Shown here piece by piece: positions 50,567-64,000 of a DNA stretch of 64,000 nt; positions within the stretch are counted from its first letter, which is position 1, and each line of letters opens with the position of its first letter. A model generated the notes under the pieces. The model worked only from the letters and a program-made list of their open reading frames with translations. It did no database searches and was not told where the DNA came from. A program made the translations under genes and the position numbers. The stretch comes from Zygnema circumcarinatum SAG 698-1b (taxonomy: Eukaryota > Plantae > Zygnematophyceae), in the NCBI GenBank assembly GCA_037447605.1, contig CM074807.1, positions 2,924,327 through 2,988,326 of the forward strand, written 5' to 3'.

Positions 50567-51912
50567 TGAAAATAAATGAAGAGAGATGATCAACATTGGC
50601 TGCGAAGTGCAACAGGAATGCAGCCTTGCAAAGTTTCGCGAGAGCTGTTTTCCTGATGTTACACAATTGCGGACCTCAATTCACCAAGGAAAGCAAGGAC
50701 AATGTTGCGCCATCGCAATATGTTTCAATTGCAGCTGGAATTTCCACGAAAAACATGAAAATGTAACAAAAGGCTTGGATTATCCTTAACGGCTGAATGC
50801 AGTCGTCTGAACTCGCAGCATTTGTGGAACACATCCGACTTGCGTCCAAGCTTCTGCTTCGCAGAGCTCGAGAAAACCATGGCTCCCGGGTTGTAGCAAG
50901 CGTGCTGCCATTTTAGACTATCTGTGGAGTTTCAGCCAAGCTTCAGCTTCCCTCTTGAAGGCTGAAGCCAGCCACAGCCCGTTCCTTGTTGGCAAGAATG
51001 TGAACCTGACCAATCAAATGCAAGTCTCAAATTTTCACTGCTTCAAAATGCTCGGCGGTTCCAGCGTGTGCAGAATTCACCTTCCTTTCCAGCGTTGCAG
51101 CAGAGCGCGGCCTTCAGCAAAAGGAAAGACCAATGTGTGTTCTTGCAGTAGGCTCAAAGCGGCGACCATGGCGGCTGCCCTAGCAGAAGGCTTCGCACGT
51201 GCGAATGGCTCTACGCTGTTCCATGATGCTTCCGGTTATCTTTCACCGACACAATGCCTGCGCTGAATTTCTGTTTGACACGCTTCATAGTTTCCTTACA
51301 TCTCCTGTAGAATAAAGAATGCAAAACCCGAGGAGAGGGAGGGAGGGAGGGAATCGTTCTGTGCCCCTTACAATACAAGGTAGAGGGGATTACAATACTG
51401 CTGCTCTTTGCTTAGCTTGTCCTCCCTGCAGCTCTTCCAGGTTTCATGGCACCACCTCCAACCTTCCTACCGACTTTCTGTGGACGCTGGTAGGCCCTAA
51501 TTCTTCTTTTTGACTTCTCTTCATTTGGTTCCGTCTTGTTTCTCGTTTAGAGCACAAAAGGCTTAAGTGCAGCAGTCCATTCTTCATGGCAAATGCTGCA
51601 GAAAGAATTCAGGCCCACAGCTTCACTGTTCAAGAAACATCATCTTTTCGTTTATTATGATCATCGTGGCTCCACCTCGGCATGAAAGTATATCCAAAAT
51701 TACTAAATGTGCTAAATGTCCAATGCTCAAAATTTAGAGTAACCAAAGAAAATGGCATAAGCTTTCCCCTTGACGCCCTCTGCTAACTCGATATGATCAC
51801 CTACTCATCTTCCTCTCCCCATGTTTACAGCAATCCGCAGTCAGCCCAGCTGTACTATCGCACTACCGCTCTGTCCCATCGCTCCCTACCACTGCCTGCC
51901 AAGCACCCTCAC

Positions 51913-54900
51913 TTAGTATCTCAAATTCTCCGGAAAAATGTGTGCAGGCGTTGTCCATGGCCGGACAGTTATAGAACTCCGCTGCGGTCTGTGCGCTATG
52001 AGCACATCCAGCACCACCGCCGCCTCAGGGGCTTCTTTCCAGCTCACCCCTCCCTCCCGCCAACCTGTTTTCAGCCAAAACAAAACCACACATTTTACTT
52101 CACGCCTGCGCTCCCATCCACGACTGCTCTCTCCCAACTGCTCCCTCACTCTCTCCCAACAGTTCGTCGTTTGTATTTATGCTCAGAACAACACAAACCC
52201 ATGTATTCAGCACTCACCCTGAACCAGCTTGTCCTTAACAGTTCCCTTGTAAAGCTCCTGCCGCACAAAAGGAAGGCTTTCCCATAATCGTATCGCCCTT
52301 ATGTTGACCGGCGAGCAGCCGAGCACATCACCCTCCAGGGAGGCAACAACCTGCGAAGTCGCTCCACTCTGCTCAGATTGCCCCCACATAACACCTCGTT
52401 CCCTTCCTCTCTATACTCTCAACACATACCTCACAAGGCCGCAATTACAGTGAGTAGTATTGCCAAGACATTTACCTGACAGTGACTAGAAAGGAATTCC
52501 AAAAGCCTAAAACTAAGAAGAAAGAAGAAACATTTCGAGCTCACTTCCCACCTTATAACGACATACGTCATGCCACTCCATACGGCACAAGCTTTTCAGC
52601 TCCACCCACGCCCTCGCCGTCCTCTTCACTATCTGCAACCTCTTCTCCTTCCTTTCCTCCCACTCTAGCTTCCTTTTAACATCCTCTGCTGATGCTTGTG
52701 CAGCCCCACTCCCAACAAGAGCCTCTCCTGCTCCTCCTTGGCTCCTTCCTCCGACATCTACCACCCTTCCTGCATCTCCCTCCCTCTCAATTAAGCCTGC
52801 ATTTACCCTCCCAATGGAAACTTCAGCCGGAGCGGAGTCCTGAAGCTCATCTACTGCATGCTCTGCTAACTGAGCCGTAGCCTCTGGCAGGAGAGCATCC
52901 AACGCTTCATCAAGGGAGACAAGGAGGGTGAGGTCCGCTCCCACCCATGCACCGCGGCTGCTCCGTTGAAGAGTTGCGGTTGGTTCAAGGCTCGCAGGTG
53001 ATGCATGGGTTCGAATGTTTTCAGCAATGCGACTGCATATATCCGCCATGCGTTTTGGATCTACAATCGACGGTTTATGCCCCACTGCCTGCTGAGTTCA
53101 ACACACATCCACCATGCCCACAACCCCCCCAAACAAGTAAACGCATAAAAAACTATCAGTTTCGCTTGATGGTCGCTGCAGTAATGGCTGTGCTTCCTAC
53201 AGCTTCACTCTTACGGAAAGCATAAGATCCTGCTAACAGAAGAAAACGCAGGCAAAAGGCCATAAATTTCTTTAGTATCTAGACCTCAGGCTTGAAAAAA
53301 CGCTGATGAAAAAGACCGCTCACCTTGTAGTCTTTCAGACCTCCTAACCGCCCTCTTGCTCCTTCTAATGCTGCCTCCGTTTCTGGGCTCAACCGTCGTC
53401 CTTTTCCCGTGCTTCTTCTACTCTGAATTTCCTCCTCCGCCACCGTCACATCCTCAGAGAAAACCTTGTCCTCCATCTCAGTCAGCTGCACAACTGCTTT
53501 ACGATCCGGCAGAGTCTTGCCAAGGACAAGGGCACTTGCTGATCCTGAAGCATCCAGAGGAAGGGTTTTGCTGGTAGCCAGTACGGGGAGAGAAACTCCC
53601 ACCCTTTCCCTGCTACTAGCGAAAGATCGCAACGCGAAGGCAAGTGCAGTTGCCAGAAGAAGGGCTCCTGCAAGCTTGGCAAGCTGACTAATCTGCAAAA
53701 AACGTACAAACGGCCGCCCCAACGGGTGCACATCAGGCCTAGAAAGTAAGGGCCATCATCCTGAATCATCTGAAACTCAGCAGCAGAGGAGTCGTGCATT
53801 ACAAATTCAAGAAGCATATTCACGTGTTTGAAAATAGGCAGGCACTCACTGCGATTTGAAGAGGTGACTGCTTCTCCAACCGTTGAAAAGAAGGCGAGAG
53901 CAGCATGACTTGGCCGAGGGGCAGGTTTGCATAGTTCAAGTAGGCCTCCACCTCCAGGCTGAGGTCGACCTGCAAGCCTGCCAAAAGCGTCAGGGAGGGA
54001 AAGCCTTAGCAGGGAAGGGACCAAAAAACGTGCACTAAGTATAGAGCGGAGCAGACAGCATTATCCTCATGAGCAGCCAGTTATGAGTTTCAAGTACCGT
54101 CAAGTTGTTTCGAAGAAAACTTTGGATTTCCACGGGAAGCAGGTGAGGGTATAATGCGTGGCGGAGGATGAGATTTCATGAAGCATTACAACTACAGCAA
54201 TTGCAAAGGGCAAACTAATCCTTACCAGTTGTGCATGGCTGAGCGGAATCGTGCACACTTCCTCCTGTATCTTTGCAGAACCCCGAGCCACTTGTAGCCC
54301 ACTGCTTCTCTGTTCAATCACGAGCTGGTGCGCCTCTACGTGCTCATCCACCCACCACTGCTCGCTCCGCACCCCTCTCCTCTTTCCTTTAACTTGTAAA
54401 TGGTTTGGCCAAACGCTCCGCATCTTTCGCCTCGGGAGAGGAGGTTTTCTCCCTTGAAAAGACTCGTCCAAACCTTCCTCCCAGATAGGATATGGCCAGA
54501 GAAGGGCTGCGAGTCTCACAGGGGCCTTCGCATTTGGGACCCAATACTTTTGCCGTGGCAAGTGGGAAAGGAGAAATTTTCCCAAGGCAGCCAAGGGGCT
54601 CCTTAGGCGGAGAAACAAGCTGAATAAGGCCGCCAAATAGGCCACCAAGGGATGCCTTGGGGGAGGATGTCTTGCAATCACCACTGTTCCAGCCGCATGT
54701 GTACATGTGAGGTCAGCAAGAGCTGTGAGGGTCTTGAGGTCAGCCCCTTCCAATATCCAAGGCAGCTGCATACATCACACATAAACCCAACCACTACTGC
54801 TCGAATAAGAACAACAACGACAGGCAGAACAAATGAGTCTGTATGTGTATTCTGTGTGCATATGACTCCTCTATTTCAACAGTACAACTGCCAAATATGA

Positions 54901-55877
54901 AATTGTGCAATACGTGCCTCATAATGCTACATCACGGACAATTGAAGAGTACACAGCGAACAAGGAGGGGCTAATCAATCAATCAATAAGTCACAAACGA
55001 CGTGACTCACAACTTCAACAAACCATAGCATTAGGAGTTCTGCTTTAATCCAAAAAGCCCGGACTTTAACCAATGCAATTGCTGTTTCCAATAAATAAGT
55101 TTCCTTACATGAGAAAGTAAAGACCTGCCATTGGAGAGGGCTTTACTCTAGCACTGCACATTGTGGAAAAAGCCAAATTTGACGTCCGCCAGCAAGAATA
55201 ATAAAAAATTCCAACAGTAAGACTAAATGGAGGGTACAACGCTCTGCTAGACCTATCAAACCTATGATGAATGACACAACCCAGGCGTGGTCCAGCAATT
55301 GGGAAAAGCCCCTTGCTTGCAAAAAGTACTCACTATGCACTAGCGAGCACATATTGGGGAATGGTTGTACGACCCTCATTAGGATTCCAGTAAACTTAAA
55401 TTTAGCAAATAAGTAGTAGTAATAGTAGTATAGTATTTCTTGAAAGTTGTCAGTACGTGAAATGTTCCACCACAATGATTCCCTCGCAATGTCTGCACTA
55501 GCCAATGCATGAAAGGTAAAGTATGAGGGTGAAACAACAAAAGCACTCACATTATCCCTACTCTGCAGCTGTTGAGGATGAATGATGATCGTGAAGCTAC
55601 CATCCTCACGGACTTCAAGGTCACAATATCCTCCGCCACTCCTCCTATCCACGGCTTCTTCACCACTGACCGCCTGCGCCTTGCAAACCAATTGCGGCAG
55701 CCCTCGACGCCTGATACCACTAATGCGCAAAACTCCTCCATACTCCTGCTTCTGCCCTTTAAATAAATCGACTCTCGGCACTCTACAACAAGTCGAAATC
55801 GCTGTTGTCCTGCAAGGGCTCCGCAATGCTAGATTGCAGGCAGTGGAAGAAGCGGCAAGGGCCGCCAGAGGCGCCAT
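51913..55877 (-). CDS. Uncharacterised, probably plastid-targeted membrane protein (multi-exon)
   Basis: Ala/Ser/Arg-rich N-terminus MAPLAALAASSTACNL..LVCKAQA; long coding-like exons at about 54225-54770, 53840-53960, 53325-53690, 53215-53229, 52550-53088, 52290-52360 and 51913-52030; TM-like LAGALLLATALAFAL; family not recognised. Confidence 0.65.
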
Positions 55878-57145
55878 GGCGCTCCAGCCTCTCCAAGGCG
55901 AGGAGGAAGCTTCTCCTTTCCTGCCTCCAGGCAATTCCGAACGTTGGGCCATCTCCCAACGGTTCTCTGTTCTCGGACGGCCTTCCGCGCTGTCGCTGTT
56001 CCAGTTCCAGTTGCAGAGTTCCGGTTCCAAAGAACGGGTGCGACATGGAGCGCCGCCAGACGCGGTGAGTTCGTTGCTCCCACAGCTCGTCACGTGGCGC
56101 CTGCGACCTCCTGGGCGGGAGGTTGGGTGCGAGGGAGGGAGGGAGGGAGGGCCAATTTATCGTCCCCAGGAAAGAGGGAAAGCTCCTCCATGCATGCATG
56201 CACTCTCGTCAACACTAGAACACGCGATTGTTCTCACCATGGCGATGCTATCCGATGCACATGAACAAAAAGTTACATGTGACAAGATCCTCGTGGCCCC
56301 CCATGTTGCTCTTTTTTGTCCACGCACATTCGATGGCATCGCCATCGTGAATTTCATGCCAGTTCATCCTTGTGCATGAACAACGACCACAACATGGCGC
56401 ATGCATGCATGCTCTAGCGCCATACTCCCAACATGCCGTCCGTGCCCCTCCCTCCCGGTCGGTCGGTCAACTGCCGTACGCGACGGCGACAGCGACCCCG
56501 CCCGAACCGCATCAACCGACCAGAGAGAGAGCGGCCCGCCGTACGGCCAAGATGCCCTCCCTCTCCCTCCGCCGTACAGTAATTGCTGCGCCGCCCCCCC
56601 CGTGCCGTGCGGCGCACCAAAATCGGCTTTTCCCTATTTTCGAGTCCCAGCCCCGCGCCGCGATTGGCTCCGCGCATGCCGCGGGGGCCCGCGCCCGCCC
56701 CCCCAACCTGCAGGCAAGCGCTCGCACCGCCCCGCCCTGCCCCGCCCCGCGCCGGCAGATATCTCCGCGGGCCGCCCCGCCCATCGAGCCGTTGATTCGC
56801 GCGTGCGATCGCCCGGAAGGCAGATCGTGGCCGTCCGATCCTTGAGACCGCTCATGCGGCCAATCGTGGCCGCCCGATCCTTTGGACGGACGACTCTCAA
56901 CGTGCGGACGTCCGTAGAGGCGGCCGCCCGCCCCGCGTGGGCTGCTGGGGGCCCTGCCCGTCACGTCACGCGCCGGAAGGGTATAAATGGGGAGTGGGGA
57001 ATGGTAGGCGGCTGGATAAGAAGCGGCAGGTTTATGTGGCTGTGGGAGGAGGGGGCTAGAGGGGGGAGAGGTGGGAGGAGAGAGGGGAGGGGGAGGCTGG
57101 AGGGTTGCGCTGGTGGTTGGAGGTGGTGGAATAGGCGGATACAGG

Positions 57146-58759
57146 ATGATGCTCTCAGAGAGGGTAGGTTCTGATCATTATGTGGTCCGGTTTGAATTGT
57201 TTGGATGGTCGGATGGCTGAAGGTGTGGGGAAATCCGAGAACGTGTTGGTCGTGGGACTCTGGCGGTTATCAAGCTGTTGTTTGGCTTGTACTTGGTAGT
57301 CTGCCTTCGCTAGACGTGTAAGCCTGTGGTTGGATGTATCCTGTACGTTGGTGAAAGGCTTTGACTGTCTTGGTTTGACACTCCTTCGGTATTTTCGCTC
57401 TTACAGGTGCAAGTGACACTAGTGAACATGAAAGTTACCAGTGACGAAGAAATCATTGTAGATAGGATGATTGCTGCTAGTCAGCGGAAGGGCGAGGTAG
57501 CTCTGCCCTCTTTTGGCCGAGATTTGGTGCCATACTTTGTGCCTGGTGCCGAGGCATGGAATGAAGGGGATGTCAATGTCAACACAGATTTGGACTCTTT
57601 CAGAAGGTAGGAATACGAACAGTTTCTGATGTTTTGGATTTATCCTTGCGCCGGGAACTTCATCCTGGAGCATGTTATTGGTCCAGTATTGTTGCATGGT
57701 AGGTTAAAGAGCACTACTTCGTATATCTTAATGTGAATACTAGTTCTGTTGCAGGGAGGGAGCGAGCGTCCTGGACATCCCTTTGCCTGCCAGTAAAAGG
57801 GGTTCTCAAAGGCGTGTGAAAACCGGGGTGGTAGCCTCTAGGCCCAGCAGGGGAAGGAAACCGAAGCTTTCTTTATCAGAGGGCCAGGAAAGGTCTAAGG
57901 GTGGAGCTTCGAAAGGAGTCTCTGACATGCATCCCTCTTTGAAGCCTGTGAAGGTGAGAGTGGGTCGCTTGTCTTCCAAACAATATACGTTAAACCTGCC
58001 CCTCTATATTTTTGGTTTGGTCTCATTTACGCTGTATTTGCACTTCAGGTTAGCCGAGATGGGCTATCCCCTTCTGAAACTTCTCCTACTTCGCCATTCG
58101 GCCGTGGAGGTTCTGCCAGTAGTTCATCCGAAAGCGACACCTCAGATAGAGACTCCGTAAGGGTATCGCGCGATCAGCATGAGAATATGAAGGGAAACAG
58201 TGGGAAATCTGCTGCTTCCGCTCCGGTTTTGCTGAATGAGGCGAACAAGAAGATTGAAGCACACCACGCGACATCAGGCTTTGTATATTTGACACCGCCA
58301 GGCAGCCCAGAGGCACGGGGTTTGAATGGTGCTACCTCAGCACTTCCAGTGCTCTGTTCTCCTAACGAAAAGTGGGCGGGACCTGCATACGCGAATTCTC
58401 CCCCCCCTAGCTGCCTACCTCTGCCACGTTTTGCTTTGAAGAATAAGGAGATAAGTAATGCTCCAGCGGTCTTTTTTTCTTCTAAGTCAACCACTGTTTC
58501 TGGATTCACCTTACCTGTACATTCAGCACCGACCTCTCCTGCCCCTGCCGCTGCTGCTGCTACGTCAAGAAATGTCTTCGAAGCGCACTCTTTAGATGCG
58601 GGGCTTGTGAAGCGAGAGCGACCCCAACATGCGGAGAGGTCTGTCGCAGGCTGCCCACGACGGATGCTTGACATGGATGGAGCATCAACCATCGGAAGCG
58701 TTGGAGTTGACAGAAGTCATGCGACTCAAAGCCTGAAGAAGCTGCTTCAGATATTGTAG
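57146..58759 (+). CDS. PNRC-motif protein (PNRC2/Edc1-like decapping-activator signature)
   Basis: Low-complexity Ser/Pro-rich protein with KWAGPAYANSPPPSCLPLPRF (PNRC motif) and terminal ATQSLKKLLQIL* helical Leu motif; exons about 57146-57163, 57408-57606, 57755-57954 and 58050-58759 are phase-compatible. Confidence 0.8.
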
Positions 58760-59429
58760 ACGAGGTCGCAGGAAGGTAGGGTGGGACCGAGGCGGTTGGA
58801 GAGGAAGTCGAAGATTTGTAGGGCGGGCGTAGAGATTGGTGACTATTGGTAGCCTTGTGTGTTTACATGGCTGAGGGGCTGCCTCCTTTTTGAATGGTAA
58901 GCTTCTCGTACGAGCCGAAGGCTCTGCCGTGTATTTCACTGATAATAGGGTTGTCCTTAGGTTCCAGCACGCACTTGTCGCCCATGCTTGGGTTGTAAAT
59001 AGGTGTGGAATAGTTCTCTGCGGGAAGCTCAGATTTGTTTTTTCGGTGTCTGCTGTGAGAAATTCGGAGTCTGTCTGTTGAGATTTGGGAAAGAGTGTAG
59101 GCTGAAAAGCCAGCTATGACGCGTATGGAGATAAGAAGGCGAGGGTGTCTTAACTGCGGTTGTGGAGAGGAGTATATATGTAGAGATTTGAATGGAGTCA
59201 AGAATGTTGCAGGAAGATTGGGATCAAGAGAATCGTGTCATCTGAGAGACTGACGAAAGGGAGTATAGAAGAAGGCATGACTGAGTGCGAGAGTGGAATG
59301 AGCGGAAGTGAGAAATGCATGTCATTACAGAGGTGGTGGGGACAACGGGGGAGGGTCTGAGTTGTAGTGGAGCGTTTGAAAACAATTGCTATGTGTGGCA
59401 GGAGGTTTTTACCTGAGAGGAGAAAGGAG

Positions 59430-60570
59430 TGTAAAAGAGCAGTATGGGAGACGGTGAGAGCGGGGGTAATACGAGTGGGAATAGCATATCATTAGAGAGC
59501 TAGTGGAGAGCGGGGAGAGAGGGTGAGACCGGAAAATATGTGGAGGCAGTTGTGCCCTGCCGGAAACTTTGAACATGAGCGATGGAATCGAGCAGCATCT
59601 GCAGAAATTCTTGCGGAACGGCATTGAAATAAGGGAGAACGTAGGAGACCGGGAAGGTCGTTATGAGGAGGTCCGATTGGAAGGGATGTTGTTCAAATGA
59701 CAATTATATTTCGCAATGCAAAGGGTGCATTTGATGTCTGCCAGATGATGTTGAAGATTGGAAACATACAACTGGTTTGTGTCGAAACTGATATGAAAAA
59801 GACGTGGAAATGTGAAAATGTTTTGTAGAATATTGAAATATGCATCTTTGTGCACAAATGGATGAAAATTATCCACTGAAAAAAGATCTTCAAAAATAAT
59901 GTGTTTGTGGGAAACAGGAATTAGTCAATTTCTGTCCTATCAAAAAATGATTGGAAGTGTACAACAGGTTGGATATGAGAAAGAGCACGAAACGTTGATC
60001 TATAAACAAAATGTCATTCATAATCAGTACTGTTTCAATTTTATGGGAGAGGAACGAGGGAAGAATGCAAATTAGACGCACACATCTTGCTCCAATCCAC
60101 GTGGGAAGATTGATGAAGGAGGGAAGGATCCAGCAACGAAATAAGGAAATGAGAAGGAGCCTCTTCTTCGCTGCATCTCACCGCGTTAAGGAAACGGACG
60201 TTATCAAAGAAGAGCTCAACCACCTTTGCAAACGAAACCTGAATAGAGTAAGAGTCTCGAATATTGCAACGAATAATCCTCCATACCAGGTAAGAACCTC
60301 AGGGACCGAGTAACCAAGAATAGATTGTCAATATAGACAACTCAATCGGAAGAAATGAAATCAATTAAGCTTTACAAAATAAAATATTACCACTCTCCTC
60401 GATGCCACATCTCTTCTCTCCTCCAATAAATACAAACAGAGACCGCTCATCCACCCCTGACAATACGACGGCCACGAGACACGTCCACTGATGTCCCTTA
60501 AATTCAAACGACTGCCAATATGACAGCAAAATTCTATTGTCGATTGAATACCCCCGGATGAGCAAATTCA
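59430..60570 (-). mobile_element. Degenerate 3' fragment of a LINE (L1/Tx1-like) ORF2
   Basis: Broken minus-strand frames with RILLSYWQSF, VDWSKMCASNLHSSLVP, KIFFQWI, IFNIIWQ..RN and FRKNFCRCC, resembling the post-RT C-terminal region of Tx1/L1 elements; many stops and frameshifts; purine-rich plus strand. Confidence 0.5.
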
Positions 60571-60861
60571 ACAGCTAGATATCCCTATCAAACAACCCTT
60601 TTATACAAGCCATATTTCTTCTTCCTTCTGCATTCACGGCAGCCAGCTAGCTGCCCAGCTATCACTCGTATCAACAAAACTCCTCACCAGAGGCTCGTCA
60701 CATTATTTCGCATCATTGCACACCCTTAAGTGATGAAGCAATGGGAGAACAACAGCCTCATAATGGCGGACATTGACATCTTGACATAATGCCATGATGT
60801 GCATACTCAATTACCAAATGATTGCAGCTGACACATGAATTCAATGAAAGCCATGTACCAC

Positions 60862-62616
<1,755 letters not shown>

Positions 62617-62877
62617 TGTGGCTTGCGAGCAGATAGCTCAGAATCTCAACCAAACGTGCACTACATGAACAGTCTTTTTCCGGCTTCTGAGAAAAAAAAA
62701 AATCACCTCTGCATCGCCACCATTGCCTGCTGCATGCCCTTCAAACTCCCTCCCTCCCCTACTCCTCCATCGTTTCCTCCAGCACAATCAGCTCAAGACT
62801 CTGTAAGCACCTGTGCGCTAGCCGTCCCTCATATACATATATACATACATATATCCTTCCCTAACCCCCGTCCCGCC

Positions 62878-62973
62878 CACTGACCACTGCCCACTGCCCA
62901 CTGCCCTCTGCCCACTGCCCACTGCCCACTCCCCTGCCCTGCCCTGCCCTGCCCTGCCCTGCCCTGCCCTGCC
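62878..62973. repeat. Compound microsatellite (CACTGCC)n followed by (CTGCC)n
   Basis: Direct reading, upstream of UBC27. Confidence 0.9.
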
Positions 62974-63055
62974 TGCTTTTCTGAGCCTGCAAGCGAGGGA
63001 GCAGCCCAGCAAGAGAGGACCCTGCAAATGGACAGTGCCCCTTCTGTGGGCGGTG

Positions 63056-63102
63056 TCCGTACATTCGTACACTCGTACGGTCATATGAAATGTACGGTAC
63101 AA
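63056..63102. promoter_or_regulatory. GTAC (SBP-box/CuRE core) cluster upstream of UBC27
   Basis: Five GTAC cores at 63059, 63067, 63075, 63092 and 63097. Confidence 0.55.
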
Positions 63103-64000
63103 CTCCCTCGGCTCTATCGCGGCGGAGAGAGTGAGAGTTCAGTTACCGGTGGAGCGCGCTTGAAGGGGAAGGAAGGAAGGAACAAAGGAGGGCAATGGCA
63201 CATACTGACATACAGTACTTCATCCTCAAAAAAACTAAGTGTTGGGTTGTGGCGGCTTCAGGAGCTCTGCGGGCGAAAGGTTTTGGTCGTGTGTTAACTT
63301 TGCAAGGAACTTGGAATGATGTGAGCGAGCCAATGATGTTGTGGTGAAGGCACGCACCAAAGGAGCAGTTCTAGAGACAACGAGGATGGCAACTAACGGA
63401 GGGTGAAGAGAGGGCTCAACCGGTAAACCGCCATGATGGGATGGTGTTTTCTCATCACCCTCTAGTGAGGGAAACAGGTCATGAAAGCCATGTAGCGTGA
63501 GCGCCTCGTGAAACAACTTCAACGTGATTTTATCCCTCTCATTGCATTCTTTGATTTTCTTTTTCCTTGTAAGTTTTCTCTGCAATACCCACTAACACAC
63601 GCGTGCCAAACTTTCTAAGTATAGGCATGTGACCTCTGTACTTATTTGCCAGGATCACCAACTACTACCACACCCTAAAATCAGCCTTTCCTGCCGTCTA
63701 TAGTTTAAGCTCTCTCATCCAAAAATCATCAAAGGCATCTGAAGCTGTCAAACGCAGTTCTTTAAGTATGAGTGAATGCAACATGCGGAGACACTTCTTG
63801 CTTATTTTGCAGTTCTATCAGTGGACGGGAGAAGAAATTGAATCAAAGAAATATTGCAAATTTGCCTTCCAAAAGTTGCAAAGAGGAACATGAAGGTGAG
63901 GCTCTTCTCAGAACGGTCTTCGGTGGCCTGCCCCGAGATCGGCCGCCGGTGAATAGTTGCAAACAAAAAACTGAGCGACGCCCTTGAAGTCTCCATGATA

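Noticed and set aside
51938-52222. GRTVIELRCG as a METTL21-like methyltransferase motif
   Set aside because: The key Gly is absent, no other motifs follow, and it is antisense to the last exon of the plastid protein gene.
55582-57174. Long plus-strand ORFs (265, 257 and 157 aa)
   Set aside because: They are antisense to a real exon or lie in a very GC-rich promoter with few stop codons; Arg/Pro/Ala-rich noise.
63235-64000. 116-aa minus-strand ORF, and FFVCNYSP near the window end as a CAP/PR-1 motif
   Set aside because: It may be the 3' end of a gene outside the window, but the frames could not be joined and the short motif lacks the rest of the CAP domain.

Overview
Compact, intron-rich eukaryotic nuclear DNA from the plant lineage, most likely a streptophyte alga. 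That assignment is inferred from the gene set, the telo-boxes and the GC-rich promoters. About 16 spliced genes can be assembled by hand: CCT3, LPEAT, RING1, F-box/kelch, LysM protein, FY/WDR33, a trihelix TF, an Aim32/Apd1-like ferredoxin, an MnmM/YtqB-like methyltransferase, ferritin, a PDI-like protein, guanosine deaminase, a stand-alone MEKHLA protein, an unknown plastid membrane protein, a PNRC-like protein and UBC27. Mobile DNA comprises a non-autonomous hAT element with a nested foldback MITE, and a decayed LINE. The main finding is a 68-nt exon (29600-29667) encoding a perfect 2A/StopGo motif (LVLLGGDVELNPG|P). It splices in frame into a five-exon gene whose last exon encodes the trihelix transcription factor, predicting a cellular polyprotein split by ribosomal skipping. 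All gene models are manual and untested against RNA data.
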